From positions 1-21,996 of the forward strand of contig NW_021823733.1 of the NCBI RefSeq assembly GCF_006345805.1: DNA of 21,996 nt, given 5' to 3'. Source of the DNA: Octopus sinensis. Its lineage: Eukaryota. Below are positions 19,716 to 21,996 of the stretch, piece after piece. Made by a program: the position numbers and the translations under genes. Below the pieces are notes generated by a model. It made no database searches and was not told the DNA's origin. It worked only from the letters and a program-made list of their open reading frames with translations. Every line of letters starts with the position of its first letter. Within the stretch, counting starts at the first letter, position 1.

Positions 19716-20027
19716 TTTTTCTCTCACCCTTTTCAAGCCTAGCCAGGCTCATGGGCCCGGTTTCCCGGTTTCTGTGACGTATGTGTTTCCCCCAGCTGGA
19801 CGGGACGCCAGTCCATCGCAGCGTTACTCAAGAAATAGGAAGAGAGAGTGAGAGAAAGTTGAGGCGAAAGAGTACAGCAGGGATCGTTACCATCCCCTGC
19901 CGGAGCCTCGTGGAGCTTTTAGGTGTTTTCGCTCAATAAACACTCACAACGCCCGGTCTTGGAATCGAAACCGCGATCCTCCGACCGCGAGTCCGCTGCC
20001 CTAACCACTGGGCCATTGCGCCTCCAC
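19716..20027 (-). mobile_element. tRNA-derived SINE with 12-bp TSD; mosaic of two other families in the window
   Basis: TSD AGTATTCAACTT at 19704-19715 and 20028-20039. A box TGGCCCAGTGG and B box GTTTCGATTCC. The middle resembles 17974-18268 and the tail resembles 6795-7047. Confidence 0.92.
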
Positions 20028-20461
20028 AGTATTCAACTTAATACATCGAAAATATATATGTAAAAATACGTATACTTTTAAAATGTTTCTTAAACTACGC
20101 AATGGATTATAATGGATGAACAGAGCATAATGCATTTGATACAACAACAGGAAACGGCGTCAGTGATATCTAAAAGCAATTATATCAACACGTGTTTCAA
20201 TAAATCCTTAAGAAACTTGAAACATTAATGATTTTTACATTGTTTTATGGTATATTTTGGGGCTCACGCAATAATCTATAAATAAAAGCATGTAAATGCT
20301 AATTTAGTGCATTGACTTAACCTTTGCTATTTCCAGGTTGGATACCTATGTACACACACATCCATTCACCATACACATACACACACGCATAAATTTATAT
20401 ACAGACGCATTTGTATATATACGTACATGTATATATATATACGTACATGCAGGGATACATA

Positions 20462-20492
<31 letters not shown>

Positions 20493-20589
20493 TAATTCTT
20501 TAGATATATACATGAATTCTTTAGATATATATATATATATATAATTTTTTAGATATATATACACACACAAACACACACACATATATATA

Positions 20590-21464
20590 CAGAGTGTGGT
20601 GAATAAACTGTCGTCTAAATTACACAAAAATGAAAAAAACACTAACAACTGATTTTAACAGATATATTTACCAAAATTACTTAAATAATATCTTGAAATA
20701 CTAAAAAGTAAATTTATTCAATAAAATCGCCATTGACTTCAACCACGGTCTCCAGACGACTTCGGAATCTCCTGCAACTCTTCTGGACGGTCTCCTTGCT
20801 TAAGTTGATAAATGTTGCCCTAATCCTTGCCTTCAGTTCATCTTTGGTGTTACAAGGAGTTTTGTTGGTCTCTCCCTCATGTACGTCCCATACATCAGAG
20901 GGTTGAAGTCTGAAGTGTTAGGTGGCCAAATATTAGAGGTGATATGGTCGCAGAAATTGTCTGACAGGCATGATTGGTTCTTCTGCTTGTGTTGCATGAT
21001 GCAGAGTCTTGTTGCCAGATATAGTGTCTTCCAGCAGCCAACCTCTTGCCCAAGGGCAGCACTGACTCATCCATCACTTGATGTAGGCCTCTGTGTTGAG
21101 TCTGAGGCCGTGTAGGAAGATGAATGGAGGGATAACGTCGCCATCACTAGTGATCATTCCAAACACGATTATATTGACTGGAAATTTGATTTTTATCACT
21201 CACGGTACATGTTGTCAGATTGTACTGTTCTCAGATTGACACCCAAACACTCTGAAATGTTCGTATTGGAGCTTACGGCAAGAACGTCAACGAGAACAGA
21301 ATGACGTTTCCAAATTTCTAGCAGACTGAATAGCATCATGGTGCGCTTTTTCTCACAGAGGGTGCCCAACTGACCCTACTATACTGTGTAGTCGACAAAA
21401 ATCAAACAGAAACAATGTGCATGCGCGAAATTAAATATATAAAATGGCGACCCATCGCAGCCTG
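20590..21464 (-). mobile_element. Internally deleted Tc1/mariner-superfamily transposon, DD37D (maT) type
   Basis: The TA-flanked termini are CAGAGTGTGGTG.. (20590) and a decayed partner ending at 21464. The N-terminus from ATG 21339 (EIWKRH..SNTNISECLGVNLRTVQ) is fused to IKFPVNIIVFGMITSDG..YIWQQDS..WPPNTSDFNPL(D)..KDELKARI..SRLETVVEVNGDFIE* (stop 20714-20716). After frameshift correction 37 residues separate the last two Asp. Confidence 0.88.
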
Positions 21465-21829
21465 TATATATGCTATTACACACACGCTAACACACGCACA
21501 CACACACATACACACACTCACATGTGCACACGCACACACAAATACAGTGCTTAACATCCGCACATGTTTTTAAGTGCAGTTCTATTTTGACGTATGCGCG
21601 CAAATATAAACATTCAACAGATATCTACAGAAGTTGATATAAACATTGACGTATACAGTGAACGCGCTATATATAACGATGTTTTGGATATAAAAGGGCG
21701 GGGGTGAACTATCACCTTTTTTCCTCCAATCATCTTGTTGAAATCACTACCCCCGTTCACAGCCATAAACAACAACCACAAAACTTAATAAAAAACCACA
21801 CACACACTATTTCCACCAACAGACACACT

Positions 21830-21834
21830 GATAT

Positions 21835-21919
<85 letters not shown>

Positions 21920-21996
21920 TATATATAACATATATATATAATAAAATACATATATGTATATGTATATATGTATATAACATCTCTCTCTCTCTCTCT
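21830..21996. repeat. (TA)n/(CA)n/(CT)n microsatellites
   Basis: Direct inspection. Confidence 0.97.

Noticed and set aside
20305-20350. Good plus-strand branch point and acceptor (CTTAAC..CTTTGCTATTTCCAG|G)
   Set aside because: No credible donor or coding sequence follows; it runs into CA/TA repeats.

Overview
This window is repeat-saturated, non-coding animal DNA with no recognisable host protein-coding gene. The tRNA-derived SINE families resemble those described from octopus, so a coleoid cephalopod intron or intergenic region is inferred. Much of the window is microsatellite (TA, CTAT, CT/CA, TAT, GGT/CAC), and nearly all long ORFs in the track are artefacts of these repeats. Mobile-element content: more than a dozen SINE copies or fragments from several modular families (two insertions with clear 12-13 bp TSDs), a Penelope-like element fragment with a readable GIY-YIG endonuclease (13684-14199), a decayed mariner 5' end (14781-15202), an internally deleted DD37D/maT transposon (20590-21464) and a near-identical ~770 bp tandem duplication (17754-19225). 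The main discovery is at 15206-15651: a highly structured 358-bp unit with a perfect 88-bp terminal redundancy. It carries a full-size type I hammerhead ribozyme (15424-15489) with a Schistosoma-like CAAACA loop II, a GUC cleavage triplet and two C>T core deviations. This is the architecture of a non-LTR retrozyme (circRNA-forming retroelement). Four further, sequence-distinct minimal or decayed hammerhead relics lie in Penelope-type 3' ends. A candidate 10-nt microexon and a 60-nt exon on the minus strand may belong to an unseen host gene.
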